A stretch of 64,000 bases of DNA from an uncultured delta proteobacterium (GCA_963804165.1 CAWDPO010000040.1:64001-128000), one strand, 5' to 3'. Shown: positions 45,369 through 55,853, numbered from the stretch's first letter. Notes: generated from the sequence alone by a model not told the origin. Numbers and translations are program-made.

Positions 45369-45813
45369 TGGAGCGGAAGGACAATCTAGGCGGGTATCCA
45401 ACGCTAGACTGAAACAAATTACTGAGCCGGTCTAATTTGACACAAGCTCTTTCTCAAGTGGGGATAGTCGCGGGGTTTCTCCGCCCGGGCCAAGTTCCAT
45501 AAGCAGAACCATATGCCAGGTTTGTTGCAGCCGCGTAAATGGAAACAGGATTTGTGTGTCTCAGTATTGAGACAATTTGAAGATTTCTCAGGCAGACGAT
45601 TGCGTGTTTACTTCCTTGTGGGATTGGGTTCTGACAGCTCCGCGCTCGCTCGCATTTTGTCGAAATCCTTTGTCAGCCATTTTCCTGCAGTTCATGCAGA
45701 AATGCCACGACGTGCTTAGATACTATCGACTCCTGAGCCACTTTGACAAGCTAATTCGGCCGACAAAATTGGAACATAATCTGCACCGATGTAGTACCTG
45801 CGGGTGGGTATAC

Positions 45814-46315
45814 ATGGGAACTCTAACTGTCTCATACGCGCAAGCTCTTAGAGTGATCGGTCAGAATCTAGTGCCGCTTGGCATCAATGCTTTTGAGTTA
45901 GCGACATGGGGGAACGATTATATCGTTTGGATAAAGCACCGCGAGTCGGCGCGACACCCATCGGCGAATACGGTTTTGGATAAAATCACCCAAAAAATCC
46001 TAGGACATGCCGATTCAGATGAGACAGACTCCGAATCGTATGTACTTTAGCGATGTGGAAATTTTCATTGCGGATACTGAACGGCAATCGAAACGGAGAC
46101 CGAATAGCCCAAAAGACGTTCGCGATCTATCGTTCGTATTGCGTGTGCTGGGTAACTACCTGGATCGACAATCGGCCCGGGAATTCACTATTTCGTGGTC
46201 TATGGACGCCATAAAGGTTCGCTATGATCAAAAGGAGGAAAGCTTCACATTCCAGAATCTATACGATCTGGGAATTCATATGTACCTCAAAAGGTCCAGC
46301 CGTTGTCCCATCTGA
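45814..46315 (+). CDS. Hypothetical protein with two internal repeats (frameshift near 46020)
   Basis: YAQALRVIGQNL and LSFVLRVLGNYLD repeats. Confidence 0.6.
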
Positions 46316-46492
46316 GGAGCGCCATCTATGTCGGTTTTTCCACACAGACCTGCCACACCGGAGGAAAACTCGCACACCCACCAGGCATCGTTAATATGGG
46401 GTGTTCAAAACTTCCAGATTTTTCTCGTGAAAAATCGCTCTCTTAAAGAGCAGGATTCTGACTGCTGACAATTTGCGCTTGACCGTACGAAT

Positions 46493-46508
46493 GGGTACGG
46501 CGCTTGCG
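46493..46508 (+). promoter_or_regulatory. Sigma54 promoter
   Basis: GGGTACGGCGCTTGCG. Confidence 0.6.
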
Positions 46509-46550
46509 TCTTCGATTCAGTCTAAGACAAACTTGGAGAGCGTCACCGTT

Positions 46551-46934
46551 ATGGCAAAGCATGTTCTCATCGTTGATGATAATGGGCATCTGCGACGAAT
46601 ACTCGCGACCTTCCTACAATCGCGTGGATACGCAACCTCAGAAGCGGCAAGTGGCCACGAAGCGATCGAAACGGCAATCGCCGTGAAACCCAATCTCATC
46701 CTGTTGGATCTGACTCTCCCCGATATGAAGGGAACAGACGCCGCCCGGGCGATAAGAAAAGACCCAAGCACTGCACGCATCCCGATCGTTGGTTGCAGTG
46801 CCTATTTCGGATCGGAATTGCGGCAAGAGGCGCTACGTGCCGGAATGGCCGATTACTTGCAAAAACCAGTGTCTGCCGCCGGGATTGAGGCAGTAGTCGA
46901 ACAACTGATTCATTCGGACAACGCCCCCGCCTAA
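46551..46934 (+). CDS. Single-domain response regulator (DivK-like)
   Basis: VLIVDDN, LLDLTLP, CSA, KP motifs. Confidence 0.9.
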   Translation: MAKHVLIVDDNGHLRRILATFLQSRGYATSEAASGHEAIETAIAVKPNLILLDLTLPDMKGTDAARAIRKDPSTARIPIVGCSAYFGSELRQEALRAGMADYLQKPVSAAGIEAVVEQLIHSDNAPA

Positions 46935-47023
46935 TGAATTCTTTTGAGTATGATTCCGCATCGCGTTGACAGCCCTGGCACAGGTGGAAATGCCGTCAGC
47001 CAGGACTGTTCAATCGGCGGTTT

Positions 47024-47347
47024 CTATGCTTGCCAGCAGGATGAAACAGCTTGCGGAAATGGTTCGGTGTCGAGCTTTTTGGATGGTAATTGATGCACGT
47101 CTGCGTCCTCTTTGCGCCGGTTGCATAACTGCGGCAATGTTTCGTCAATCCATTGTGTCGCCAGCTGAAATCCAGAAATCAGCCCGTCTTCTTCAGTGAT
47201 CATTGAATCGCTGGTATGCAGTCTCGCCAAAGGGTTGGAGTTTTGTCGGATGCTAATTTCTGCGACGGGAGAAAATTTAGACGGCTGAAAATCGCCTCTC
47301 GCGAGCAAGACGAAAACCCAATACCCTTTGTACCGCACCGTGACCAT
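47024..47347 (-). CDS. Hypothetical protein
   Basis: GAGG RBS; YKGY...A.QWID pattern. Confidence 0.5.
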   Translation of the reverse strand: MVTVRYKGYWVFVLLARGDFQPSKFSPVAEISIRQNSNPLARLHTSDSMITEEDGLISGFQLATQWIDETLPQLCNRRKEDADVHQLPSKKLDTEPFPQAVSSCWQA

Positions 47348-47628
47348 TGGAGGACCTCTACTAGTTTCGCTCGGGCTTTCAATCTACGTCCCGATTAGTG
47401 AGCCCGGGCCTTGTGTGGATGCCAGAGACCACGACCGGTGTTTCTTTATTGCAAGTGCATAGTGAGAGGCTACCAACTATTGGCTACGGCCCTAAGTTTA
47501 CTAGGGTTCCAAATCCGGCCAATCCCTACTAAGGGCGCCGATTGCACTCTTTCCCCAATTAGCAACGTGAGCCTAAAACGTCAGCCGCTCTACTCCGTCG
47601 GTGATAAGCATTAACTGAGAGATGCCTC

Positions 47629-48592
47629 ATGAGTATTCTTCAAAACGCCGTCGATTCGATCTCTATCGGACTTGACGATTATCGTTCTTCAGACCCGCGT
47701 CGGCTGGTTTCCGCGACCAGGAATATCTACGCCGGAATTTTGTTGCTCTTTAAGCATAAGCTTTCGCTATTGAGCCCAGCCGGATCGGATGAGGTTCTGC
47801 TTAAACAAAAAGTTCAGCCTTCGAAGCAGCCCGACGGTCAAATCGGTTGGATCGGAAAAGGCAGAAAGACCGTCGACGCAATTCAAATTCAAGAGCGGTT
47901 CGAAGCCCTTGATATTGAGGTTCGATTGGGTCCGTGTAATGCGGATCAACGACTATCGAAACGAAATCGAGCACCATTTTAGTACCAAGACTAGGGACTC
48001 GGTCAGCAAGCTGATATCCAATTGCTTTATCGTTATTCGCGATTTTATTGCCGATCATCTTGACCGGGATGCGAAGGATATCCTAGGCCACGATGCCTGG
48101 GCTAGTTTTGTTGAAGTTGCCGAAGGTCATGAGCGAGAGAAAAGCGGTTGTCTACGTACAATGGATTCGGTTGACTGGGAGTCCTCGACTGTTGAAGAGG
48201 CCTTGGCCGACTATGATTGCCCGAACTGCGGTTCTGATTTAATTCGCATAAACAATCCTAAACCGGCACGGGCGGATAACCAATTTGTTTGCAAGTCGTG
48301 TAATCAGCAATGGGACTACGAGTCGATTGCTGCCGAAGCATTAGAATCTTTGGGAGCTGCCTATCATTCCAGCGCAATGAATGCCGGCGGAGAATTTGAA
48401 ATTGTCCAGTGTCCGACTTGTAATAATGAAGCATACATTTTCAGTGAACAACATTGTGGCGTATGCGGCGAGACCGCCAAACATATCTGTGATAGTTGCG
48501 GCAGGGAAATCCTCTCATCGGAACTTTATCTAGGTGGGCGCTGTGGTTACTGCGAGCACATGATGAATAAGGATGCGTCTCGTCGACGTTAG
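47629..48592 (+). CDS. HEPN-like protein with C-terminal Zn ribbons (frameshift near 47920)
   Basis: GILLLFKHKL helix, RNEIEH (Rx4H) and six CxxC pairs. Confidence 0.65.
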
Positions 48593-48708
48593 GCGGCAAT
48601 TTTTGGAACAGTCGCTGCGCACAAAAACGGACAACCCAAACCATTCGGCCCTTCTCGGATTCGGTTCATTTTGGCAAGTAACTGTTCTGGCTGATCAGGG
48701 CAATCCAT

Positions 48709-49212
48709 CTAGATACCCACCGACGTGGACTGTCGCGGCTTACTACGCGCATTTGGATGACGCTTTCGTGAACTTTTCAACTTGAGGTTTGTTTTCACCC
48801 TGCCGCGATGGCTCTGATAGATAAATTTAGGCAGAACGTTTGAACGGGTCTCTGGTGAGGGCAGTTTGTTGCCAGCCCGTATGGGCTTCTGGGACTTCTT
48901 TCTCCAGTGCGAGAGGCCTTTCCGCAAATACTGGGGATCCATGCCCACGGCTTCGCAGATGTTGATGAAAGAGAAGAACCATTCAGGATCATCTGCAAAA
49001 ATCCATTCGTCGGTATCTTTGAAGAGACGATTGGCCTCGTGTCCTGCGTATTTTTGAAAGCATTCGACCGCATCTAGCAGAATTGCGAGCATAAGCTTCT
49101 TTTCAGGCTGGGTAGGGCTGGTTCCGTAGAGACCGAGAATGTCCAAATCGGATAAGGAACCGATGGAGTTGAACATGCCGGTGTGGAAGGTTGCTGTTCC
49201 GTTCATGTGCAA
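48709..49212 (-). CDS. Conserved hypothetical protein
   Basis: QPEKKLMLAILLDAVECFQKY...EWIF...FSFINICEAVGMDPQYLRKGL. Confidence 0.75.
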   Translation of the reverse strand: MHMNGTATFHTGMFNSIGSLSDLDILGLYGTSPTQPEKKLMLAILLDAVECFQKYAGHEANRLFKDTDEWIFADDPEWFFSFINICEAVGMDPQYLRKGLSHWRKKSQKPIRAGNKLPSPETRSNVLPKFIYQSHRGRVKTNLKLKSSRKRHPNARSKPRQSTSVGI

Positions 49213-49238
49213 TATGATAGCGATGGAAGCATAAACTG

Positions 49239-49290
49239 TTTTTTTATTATCCTCTCAGAATTTGACACGATTCAAGTAGTCGGCTGAAAA
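49239..49290. promoter_or_regulatory. Conserved upstream element, copy 2
   Basis: Near-identical to 41827..41878. Confidence 0.7.
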
Positions 49291-49347
49291 ATTTAGCGAC
49301 CGAATGGACGGGTCGGAATGCGGGTGCGCCAGAAGCCGTCCGATGGA

Positions 49348-50112
49348 TCATGCCGTCGCGATACGGACTCCTCCGGTGACCGCATGATTTCTATCGAGAA
49401 TATTCAGAGCCTCCACTGCGCGTTCTTCCGCTTCGACCATGATCAAGACCTGCCCGGAGCTGATGTCGGGCAAGTTGGGAATGTCTTCTGCAGCTACTGC
49501 TTGTGCCTGAGTTTCCCCGGCCAAACTTTGCTGCTCGGATTCGTCCTGCATGGCGATAAGAATTGAATTCTCGCTAAAGCCAGCGCTCTTTAGATCTTCG
49601 ATGGCTTTTTTGGCAGCCTCGCGATCGTGAACCAGGCCTGTCACTCTCGTCTCCCCGAGTAGCAGCTCGTCCTCGTCTTGCGCAGCCCTGTACTCGAAGG
49701 ACTCGGACACTGCTAGAAGCGTTTCGCCAACCAACATACGATCTCCCGTGGCTGTGGCAAGCTCGCCCAGCGAGGTAATGCCGAGTAACTCGTTATCTTG
49801 ATTGACCACGAGGATCCTCCGTACTTGATTTTCCTGCATGATCCGAGCCGCTTCTTCGACTGCTGCGTTCTCAGAGCAACACACAACCTCCGGGGTCATA
49901 ACTTCACGCACCGTCGCTGCAGTCGGATCGCGTCCTTCGGCAACCGCGCGAATGGTAATATCGCGGTCCGTGATCATACCCACTAGCTGATTGCCTTCGC
50001 ACACAGGCAGCGAGCCGACATCCAATTCCCTCATTTTTTCGGCAGCTCGTTGCAACGTAGCGTCTGATTGGACTGTCGCGACACGGGAGTTGATAAATTC
50101 TTTAAGCTGCAT
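49348..50112 (-). CDS. CBS-pair protein with a C-terminal general-stress-like domain
   Basis: DVGSLPV...GMITDRDI...QVRRILV; tail AKKAIEDLKSAGFS..I. Confidence 0.88.
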   Translation of the reverse strand: MQLKEFINSRVATVQSDATLQRAAEKMRELDVGSLPVCEGNQLVGMITDRDITIRAVAEGRDPTAATVREVMTPEVVCCSENAAVEEAARIMQENQVRRILVVNQDNELLGITSLGELATATGDRMLVGETLLAVSESFEYRAAQDEDELLLGETRVTGLVHDREAAKKAIEDLKSAGFSENSILIAMQDESEQQSLAGETQAQAVAAEDIPNLPDISSGQVLIMVEAEERAVEALNILDRNHAVTGGVRIATA

Positions 50113-50988
50113 AGAGCACCTCTTCTAGGTTAAGGCTTAGAAAAATCAACCATCAACGGCTTCTTCTGCATCGCTTCATGGAGAGCAGGGCGTGCTTGGA
50201 TGCCGCGCCTCGCTGAAACGCTGGAGCAAATAGGGGGCCAGCTAGGCATTTCCGCTCTATCGTCGATGGTTTGTCGGGCCCTTAACAGAGTGCTGCTGAT
50301 AATGATCAATTGTACTCCGACCCCCGCTGCATTCGATAAGCTATATATTCGATTAAAGCATCTTAGAAAGTTAGTCCGGGATTTGGCCTTGGTCGCACGA
50401 ATATTCATTCAATTCATGTGATCGACTTCGTTAGAGATCACCAGGCAATGCCGCGGTCGTAGTTTTAACTTATATTTTGCCAGATACCGGACTAGCTTCT
50501 TTGTCTTGCTGCTGCCCAATCAACGGGAGTCGCGGAAAAGGAGACGTGGATTTTCTTACGATGCCAACGCCGTTTCAGCTTCTGCGCGGCGAAGACAAAT
50601 TACACGAGTTCGGTCCGCGCAAGATCTCTACCTCATTAACAGGGCTCAGAGGTATTGTAGCTGTAAGTAATTGGCGACACTTTGTCGGCAATTTTCACAG
50701 CCTCGCCAGGCCAACGAAGCTCCGTCTCATAAAGCGACTTGCTCTAGCTTAAGATCGGTAGAAATCGAAATGTTGGCTTTGAGCACGCGCGCTGCATCCG
50801 CATGAATGCTTCCCGGCTGCGGCCATCAGATTCCGAGGCAATGCAATTGGTGCTTGTCATTCGCATGGATTACAGGAATGCCGAGCGCGCTTGGCGCGGC
50901 ATTTCAGCGCCGCCAGGGCAGCGGCCATCGGCAGTGCACTAGTCAAAAGATTCTCTCCTCCCTCAAATTCGAGATCGCGTTCCCGGTC

Positions 50989-51004
50989 TGGCACGCGCCT
51001 TGCG
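50989..51004 (+). promoter_or_regulatory. Sigma54 promoter
   Basis: TGGCACGCGCCTTGCG. Confidence 0.7.
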
Positions 51005-51215
51005 CAACTCTTTTGATAGTCTCTTGCAGGAGGTGTGAAATGAGGGATCCCGTGAAAAACAGAAGGTGACAACACTCAAGGGTTGTGTCTTTCCAAAGCG
51101 GACCGCCCTCGTGGCGTGGCGCAATTAGAGACCGGGTTGCTTCTCTGTGAGCGACCAAAGTTCGTTACCGAGGGTGGGGCCGAATCACTTAAACAAAAAA
51201 GAAGGGAGTTTGCGT

Positions 51216-51383
51216 ATGTGCTATAACTGTGGATGCCAAAAGCCCGATGACGATATGGGCAACCCGAAGAACATTACCAATAAGACATTCGAGGAAGCGG
51301 CAAAAGCATCTGGCCAAAACCCGGAAGAGGCCAAAAAAAACGCGTTGGAGCTGCTACAAAAAAACGCGGGCAGAAAACAATAA
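51216..51383 (+). CDS. Small Cys-motif protein (55 aa)
   Basis: MCYNCGC.KPDDDMG...NIT..TFEEAAKA; GGGAG RBS. Confidence 0.75.
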   Translation: MCYNCGCQKPDDDMGNPKNITNKTFEEAAKASGQNPEEAKKNALELLQKNAGRKQ

Positions 51384-51887
51384 AAACTTTCAAACTCTGC
51401 CAGCAGATGGGGCGCTAGGGGACTCAGCACGATTCTCCTGGCGCTTTATTTTTCAGATACCTTAAGAAGGATCGGTTCTCGGTTCTTTTTGCTGCCCTAG
51501 ACTATTTGGCGAGTCTAAGCGGGCATGGAGTCAAATCGGCATCGAACCTTCATAGCGCGCAGCACTGCACGAGCCTACTTTTCAAGAGGTCCGGTTCACG
51601 CTCAAATGCCCCGCGACTGACACTTGAAGAGGTGGCACAGCGAACGTGCACGAACCTGAAGAATCCGAAATTACCTCAAGGGAAGTGGACAGAGGCATAT
51701 ATGAGGCACGTATAAGGACCTGAGGTGCGGAGCGGGTGACACGCCCCGCCCGGCGACCGCGCTGCTGACAAAGTGCATCTCAAAAATCCATTTTCGAGCA
51801 CATGAAATGATCAGTTCGTGAAGTGCTATGCAAAAACGTTAACGGCGATGAGATCGCTTCAATTGAGTAGAAAGCCGGCGCATCGTT

Positions 51888-52142
51888 CTATTGATCGTTA
51901 GCGGAGGCAAGAGCGTTTGTAATGGCCGGGACTGCTTCGGGACACAGATCAGCCGCGGTGCGGAGAAGCGCTTTCGCTTGTTCCCTTTCGCAGAGAATTT
52001 GCATGAAGTTATGGAAATGATCGTCCGGTCCACGCCGCTCGATGCTTCCGTTGATCAACGTCTCAAACTCCGGCGACGGCACGCCGCATTTACCGAGCAA
52101 CTTGTCGTAACTCTCAACCGCCATCTCGATTGTTAATTTCAT
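51888..52142 (-). CDS. Small hypothetical protein, paralog of 54337..54590
   Basis: IEM..E.Y..L..C...L.NG...ILC...A..L...A..L.P.A.PAI pattern. Confidence 0.7.
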   Translation of the reverse strand: MKLTIEMAVESYDKLLGKCGVPSPEFETLINGSIERRGPDDHFHNFMQILCEREQAKALLRTAADLCPEAVPAITNALASANDQ

Positions 52143-52393
52143 GCCCGTGAGGCTAACCCTATTCCATAGATATACAAGGACTTGTCAAAGAAATCTTACA
52201 AACCGGTTCCTGGCGACTAGGGCAAGCCGTCAACTCAGCTCTTTTTGTTCATTTGTGGAAAGCCGATCTAGAGCATTGGTGGTTCTGAGAGTTTGAGTCT
52301 GCCGCTATTTTTCCCCGGCATGACCGAAATGCGGGGAGCAAATTTTAGCGATCTACCGGAGATATCGGAGGGGGTCGAAAAACAACTCCAAGT

Positions 52394-52507
52394 TCAAAAA
52401 TTCATCAGAGCATAATCCAAACTAACGGAATAACTAAACACCAAAGTCGCCAAGAAAAACCAGAGCACAAAATTCACTGCCAACAACGGCAGATGCCACC
52501 ACTTCAT
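52394..52507 (-). CDS. Possible small membrane peptide (37 aa)
   Basis: MKWWHLPLLAVNFVLWFFLATLVFSYSVSLDYALMNF; TAGACT box just upstream. Confidence 0.3.
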   Translation of the reverse strand: MKWWHLPLLAVNFVLWFFLATLVFSYSVSLDYALMNF

Positions 52508-52810
52508 TTACAAAGTCTAGAACAATGAATGGACACAATTCTAGGCGGTCGAAAAAAAACTTTTTCTGGCAAAGGGCAACACGCTCAACTCTTGCCGCTG
52601 ATCCCCCACATTGTTGTTGTGAGTTTAGCCACGGGCTGAACAAGAACACGAGGAAGCCTAAACTTCCGTGAAATAGGAGTTCGATAGCTTCGGATCAATC
52701 GCCTCTTGCTAGGACAGTTCCTTCTCTTTGAAGGAATGTTTTAGCGGTAAAATCGCCTCTTCGCTCTCCGGCATTAATAAATTCACGAATAAAATCCTTA
52801 ACCTCACTCA

Positions 52811-52826
52811 TGGCATGCGCGTTGCC
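52811..52826 (+). promoter_or_regulatory. Sigma54 promoter
   Basis: TGGCATGCGCGTTGCC. Confidence 0.7.
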
Positions 52827-52958
52827 TATACCAATTGACGACGGTGCCGTGCAAACCCTGGAAGGGAGCAGAGACTACAAAAAACAGATTTTGACACGCC
52901 GAGGTTACATGGCAGCGCGATGAATTAACTCGTTAACCGATTGGGAGAGCAAAGCACA

Positions 52959-53711
52959 ATGAAAACGCGGATTTCACTTTTGAGTGTGATCATAGCTGGA
53001 ATGGCATTGACTGTTTCGTTCGCGACGGCTACTCACGCCGCCGAGCGAGACCAACGCAAAGATAATAGTAATCGCTATAGCGATCGGGATCGGATGAAAA
53101 CGGCGAAAGATGCTGAAGACAAATTGGAACAAGCGTTAAAAACCGGCGAAACCAAGGATTTCTATCGTCGCGAAATCGAAAAGATGGGTTGGCAAATCAC
53201 TGCTGTGAACTACGACAAGCCTGACTACCTCGAGTACGAAATCGTCAAAGGCGATGATTCGTATGAAGTACAAATTGACTTCGACAAAAACAGCGCCAAA
53301 GCAACGAAAGTCGACGTGGCCACGAATATCTGGAGAACCGACGCCACCGAACGGGCGTTGAAGGACCGGAAAAAAGTTACCTATCCAAGCCGCACGACGA
53401 CGAATCCGGAGCGCTATAGTGATCGGGATCGTATGAAAACCGCAAAGGATTCCGAGGACAAATTGGAACAAGCGTTAAAAACCGGCGAAACCAAGGATTT
53501 CTATCGTCGCGAAATCGAAAAGATGGGTTGGAAAGTGACTTCGGTGAATTACGATAAGCCGGACTATGTCGAGTATGAGATTGTCAAAGGTGATCAGTCT
53601 TACGAGGTGCAGATCGACATCGATAAGAACAGCCGTAAGGCGACCAAGGTCGACGTTACCATGAACGCGTGGAAAACCGACGCGACCAAACAGGCGCTCA
53701 AGCAGAAATGA
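52959..53711 (+). CDS. Secreted protein with two tandem PepSY-like repeats
   Basis: Signal peptide; two copies of about 100 aa, RYSDRDRMK...YEVQID...ATKVDV. Confidence 0.8.
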   Translation: MKTRISLLSVIIAGMALTVSFATATHAAERDQRKDNSNRYSDRDRMKTAKDAEDKLEQALKTGETKDFYRREIEKMGWQITAVNYDKPDYLEYEIVKGDDSYEVQIDFDKNSAKATKVDVATNIWRTDATERALKDRKKVTYPSRTTTNPERYSDRDRMKTAKDSEDKLEQALKTGETKDFYRREIEKMGWKVTSVNYDKPDYVEYEIVKGDQSYEVQIDIDKNSRKATKVDVTMNAWKTDATKQALKQK

Positions 53712-53796
53712 ATCGCACGCACGGCGCTAACTCCAAGTTCGGAGGAAGCCGGGCTTAAACAGACGTCAAACAGACAAGGAAATGGAGGATCGTCCG

Positions 53797-53880
53797 ATGG
53801 TACCTGGATTTATACTATGGCTGCTGGGAGTTCCGCTTAGTTTAGTGTTGCTGCTCTGGTTATTCGGAGTTTTCAGTTGA
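53797..53880 (+). CDS. 27-aa hydrophobic peptide
   Basis: GGAGG RBS; MVPGFILWLLGVPLSLVLLLWLFGVFS. Confidence 0.7.
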   Translation: MVPGFILWLLGVPLSLVLLLWLFGVFS

Positions 53881-53984
53881 GGGATTAACAGCCGCTGCAA
53901 GCGGTCAAGGGTCACTGGGTAGGTGTTCGTCATCGTCCGGGATACGAACTCCTCCAGTGACCGCATGAAAAAGAGAGGTGATTT

Positions 53985-54149
53985 ATGAATTGTCGTAAAA
54001 AGATCTTTTCAGTACTGATCTTAGCTTGTTCGCTGGCCGGTATTCTTAACGCGTTCGCCTGCAATACGGTTCGCGGGTTGGGAGAAGACATTGAGCGTGG
54101 AGGAGAAAAAACTCAGGATGCCGCGGAAAGAGTGAAAAGACGGTTGTAG
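53985..54149 (+). CDS. Entericidin A/B family lipoprotein
   Basis: ...FACNTVRGLGEDIERGGEKTQDAA; GAGG RBS. Confidence 0.88.
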   Translation: MNCRKKIFSVLILACSLAGILNAFACNTVRGLGEDIERGGEKTQDAAERVKRRL

Positions 54150-54336
54150 GAACGGCGCAATCAAATATGAATGATGGTCGCGGCGAAGAGCCTTAACAGC
54201 GCCGCGTTGCGTCTGCCCCATCGCTACTCCGGAGTTTATACAATGGCGATCTCGGCGATCTGTTTGTTTGGCCGAGAGGCTTGAGACCTACCGTTTTTAT
54301 TCTTGACTTTAGTCAGCGGTGGATTAAATTCACGCC

Positions 54337-54590
54337 GTGAAGATCTTGATTGAAATGTCCCCAGAGGATTACGAGCTTTTTGTAGCCGAATGCGATATCA
54401 CCTCCGCGGGTATACCATTCTGAAGAATGGCATTGTCGCTTTGGATCAAAGTGAGGGTCGCGACAGGGAAACTATCGAGATCCTTTGCGACAAAGATGAA
54501 GCGGTCCTGCTCTTCGACGCCGCAAACCGGCTTTACCCCCAAGCCGCTCCTGCTATCGCGAACGGAATTGCCCGCGCGGGCGAGTCTTAG
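54337..54590 (+). CDS. Small hypothetical protein (frameshift near 54408), paralog of 51888..52142
   Basis: MKILIEMSPEDYELFVAECD...YTILKNG...ILCDKDEA. Confidence 0.7.
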
Positions 54591-54683
54591 ACTGGTCGTT
54601 TCGCTCATTTTCCCTTCTTCGCGCCAAGCTCGCCGCCTGAGGCACAGCCATTCTTGGCCTGTCATTTGCTGTAAACACGTTCG

Positions 54684-55853
54684 ATGACACGAAATCTGCC
54701 CGAACGGCTTATACGTGTAAACACCTCACCGAATCATGCGGTTAGGATTTCGGGTTTGCGATACACGACTGACAAGATTCCGGGAATCGCGCGGCGAAGA
54801 AAAGCCAAGGATTTTTGCTTCTACAGTCCGAAAGGGCGGCAAATACGCAACGCCGTTGAATTGCGCAGGATAAAATCGTTGGCTGTTCCTCCGGCATGGA
54901 CGAACGTATGGATCAGTCCTTATTCCAACAGCCATTTACAGGCGACCGGAAGAGATGCCAGAGGGCGGAAACAATTTCGCTATCATCCCCGTTGGCGTGA
55001 AGTACGTGATCAGAACAAATATGATCGTTTGATGCTGTTCGGTCGGGTTCTACCTAAATTGCGCACGGCTGTGGCTAAGGATTTAGGTTTGCCGGGATTG
55101 CCGCGCGCCAAAGTCATGGCAACGATAGTTAAACTCCTGGAAACGACGTTTATCCGAATCGGGAATGATGAGTACGCCCGTGAAAACCAATCCTTCGGAT
55201 TGACGACGCTGCGCAATAAGCACGTTAAGATCAGCGGATCGAAGATCCGATTTCGCTTTCGCGGCAAGAGCGGGATCACCCGCGATACGGATCTCAGCGA
55301 TCGAAAACTGGCGCAAATTGTCAGACGGTGCCAAGAACTCCCGGGGCAAGAACTTTTTCAGTATCTTGACGATGACGGCGAACCGCACGCGATTAATTCC
55401 AGCGATGTTAATGATTATCTCCGGGCAGTGGCGGGAATCGATTTGACAGCAAAGGACTTTCGTACCTGGGCGGGTACCGTACTGGCCGCACGCGCGTTTG
55501 CCGAGCTAGATTCTTTTAGTTCAAGGACCGAGGCTAAGCGAAACGTGGTCAAGGCTATTGAGAATGTCGCAAAAAGCCTAGGCAGGGAAGGGGGGGAGGA
55601 AGGGGGGAAGGAGGAGGAAAGAGAGGGGGGAGAGGGGAGACGAGAGAGAGACACACGGGCGGTTTGCCAGAAGTGCTATATCCACCCTGCAATTGTAAAT
55701 TCGTATCTCGATGGCTGCTTAGCCAAGAGTTTAAGCCGCCGAACACAGCAGCTGGTGGCCGCCGCGCCCAGTTCTTTAAGGCCTGATGAGGCTATGGTGA
55801 TGAGAGTTCTCGGCCAGAGCTTGAAGACCGACTCTGCTAAAAAGGTCGCATAA
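54684..55853 (+). CDS. Bacterial DNA topoisomerase IB
   Basis: VPPAWTNVWI, TGRDARGRKQFRYH, IRIGN, FRGKSG, TAKDFRTW, CYIHP; carries a 66-nt purine insertion. Confidence 0.93.
   Translation: MTRNLPERLIRVNTSPNHAVRISGLRYTTDKIPGIARRRKAKDFCFYSPKGRQIRNAVELRRIKSLAVPPAWTNVWISPYSNSHLQATGRDARGRKQFRYHPRWREVRDQNKYDRLMLFGRVLPKLRTAVAKDLGLPGLPRAKVMATIVKLLETTFIRIGNDEYARENQSFGLTTLRNKHVKISGSKIRFRFRGKSGITRDTDLSDRKLAQIVRRCQELPGQELFQYLDDDGEPHAINSSDVNDYLRAVAGIDLTAKDFRTWAGTVLAARAFAELDSFSSRTEAKRNVVKAIENVAKSLGREGGEEGGKEEEREGGEGRRERDTRAVCQKCYIHPAIVNSYLDGCLAKSLSRRTQQLVAAAPSSLRPDEAMVMRVLGQSLKTDSAKKVA

Noticed and set aside
50540-50625. GFA-family remnant (FQLLRGEDKLHEF)
   Set aside because: Too short to support
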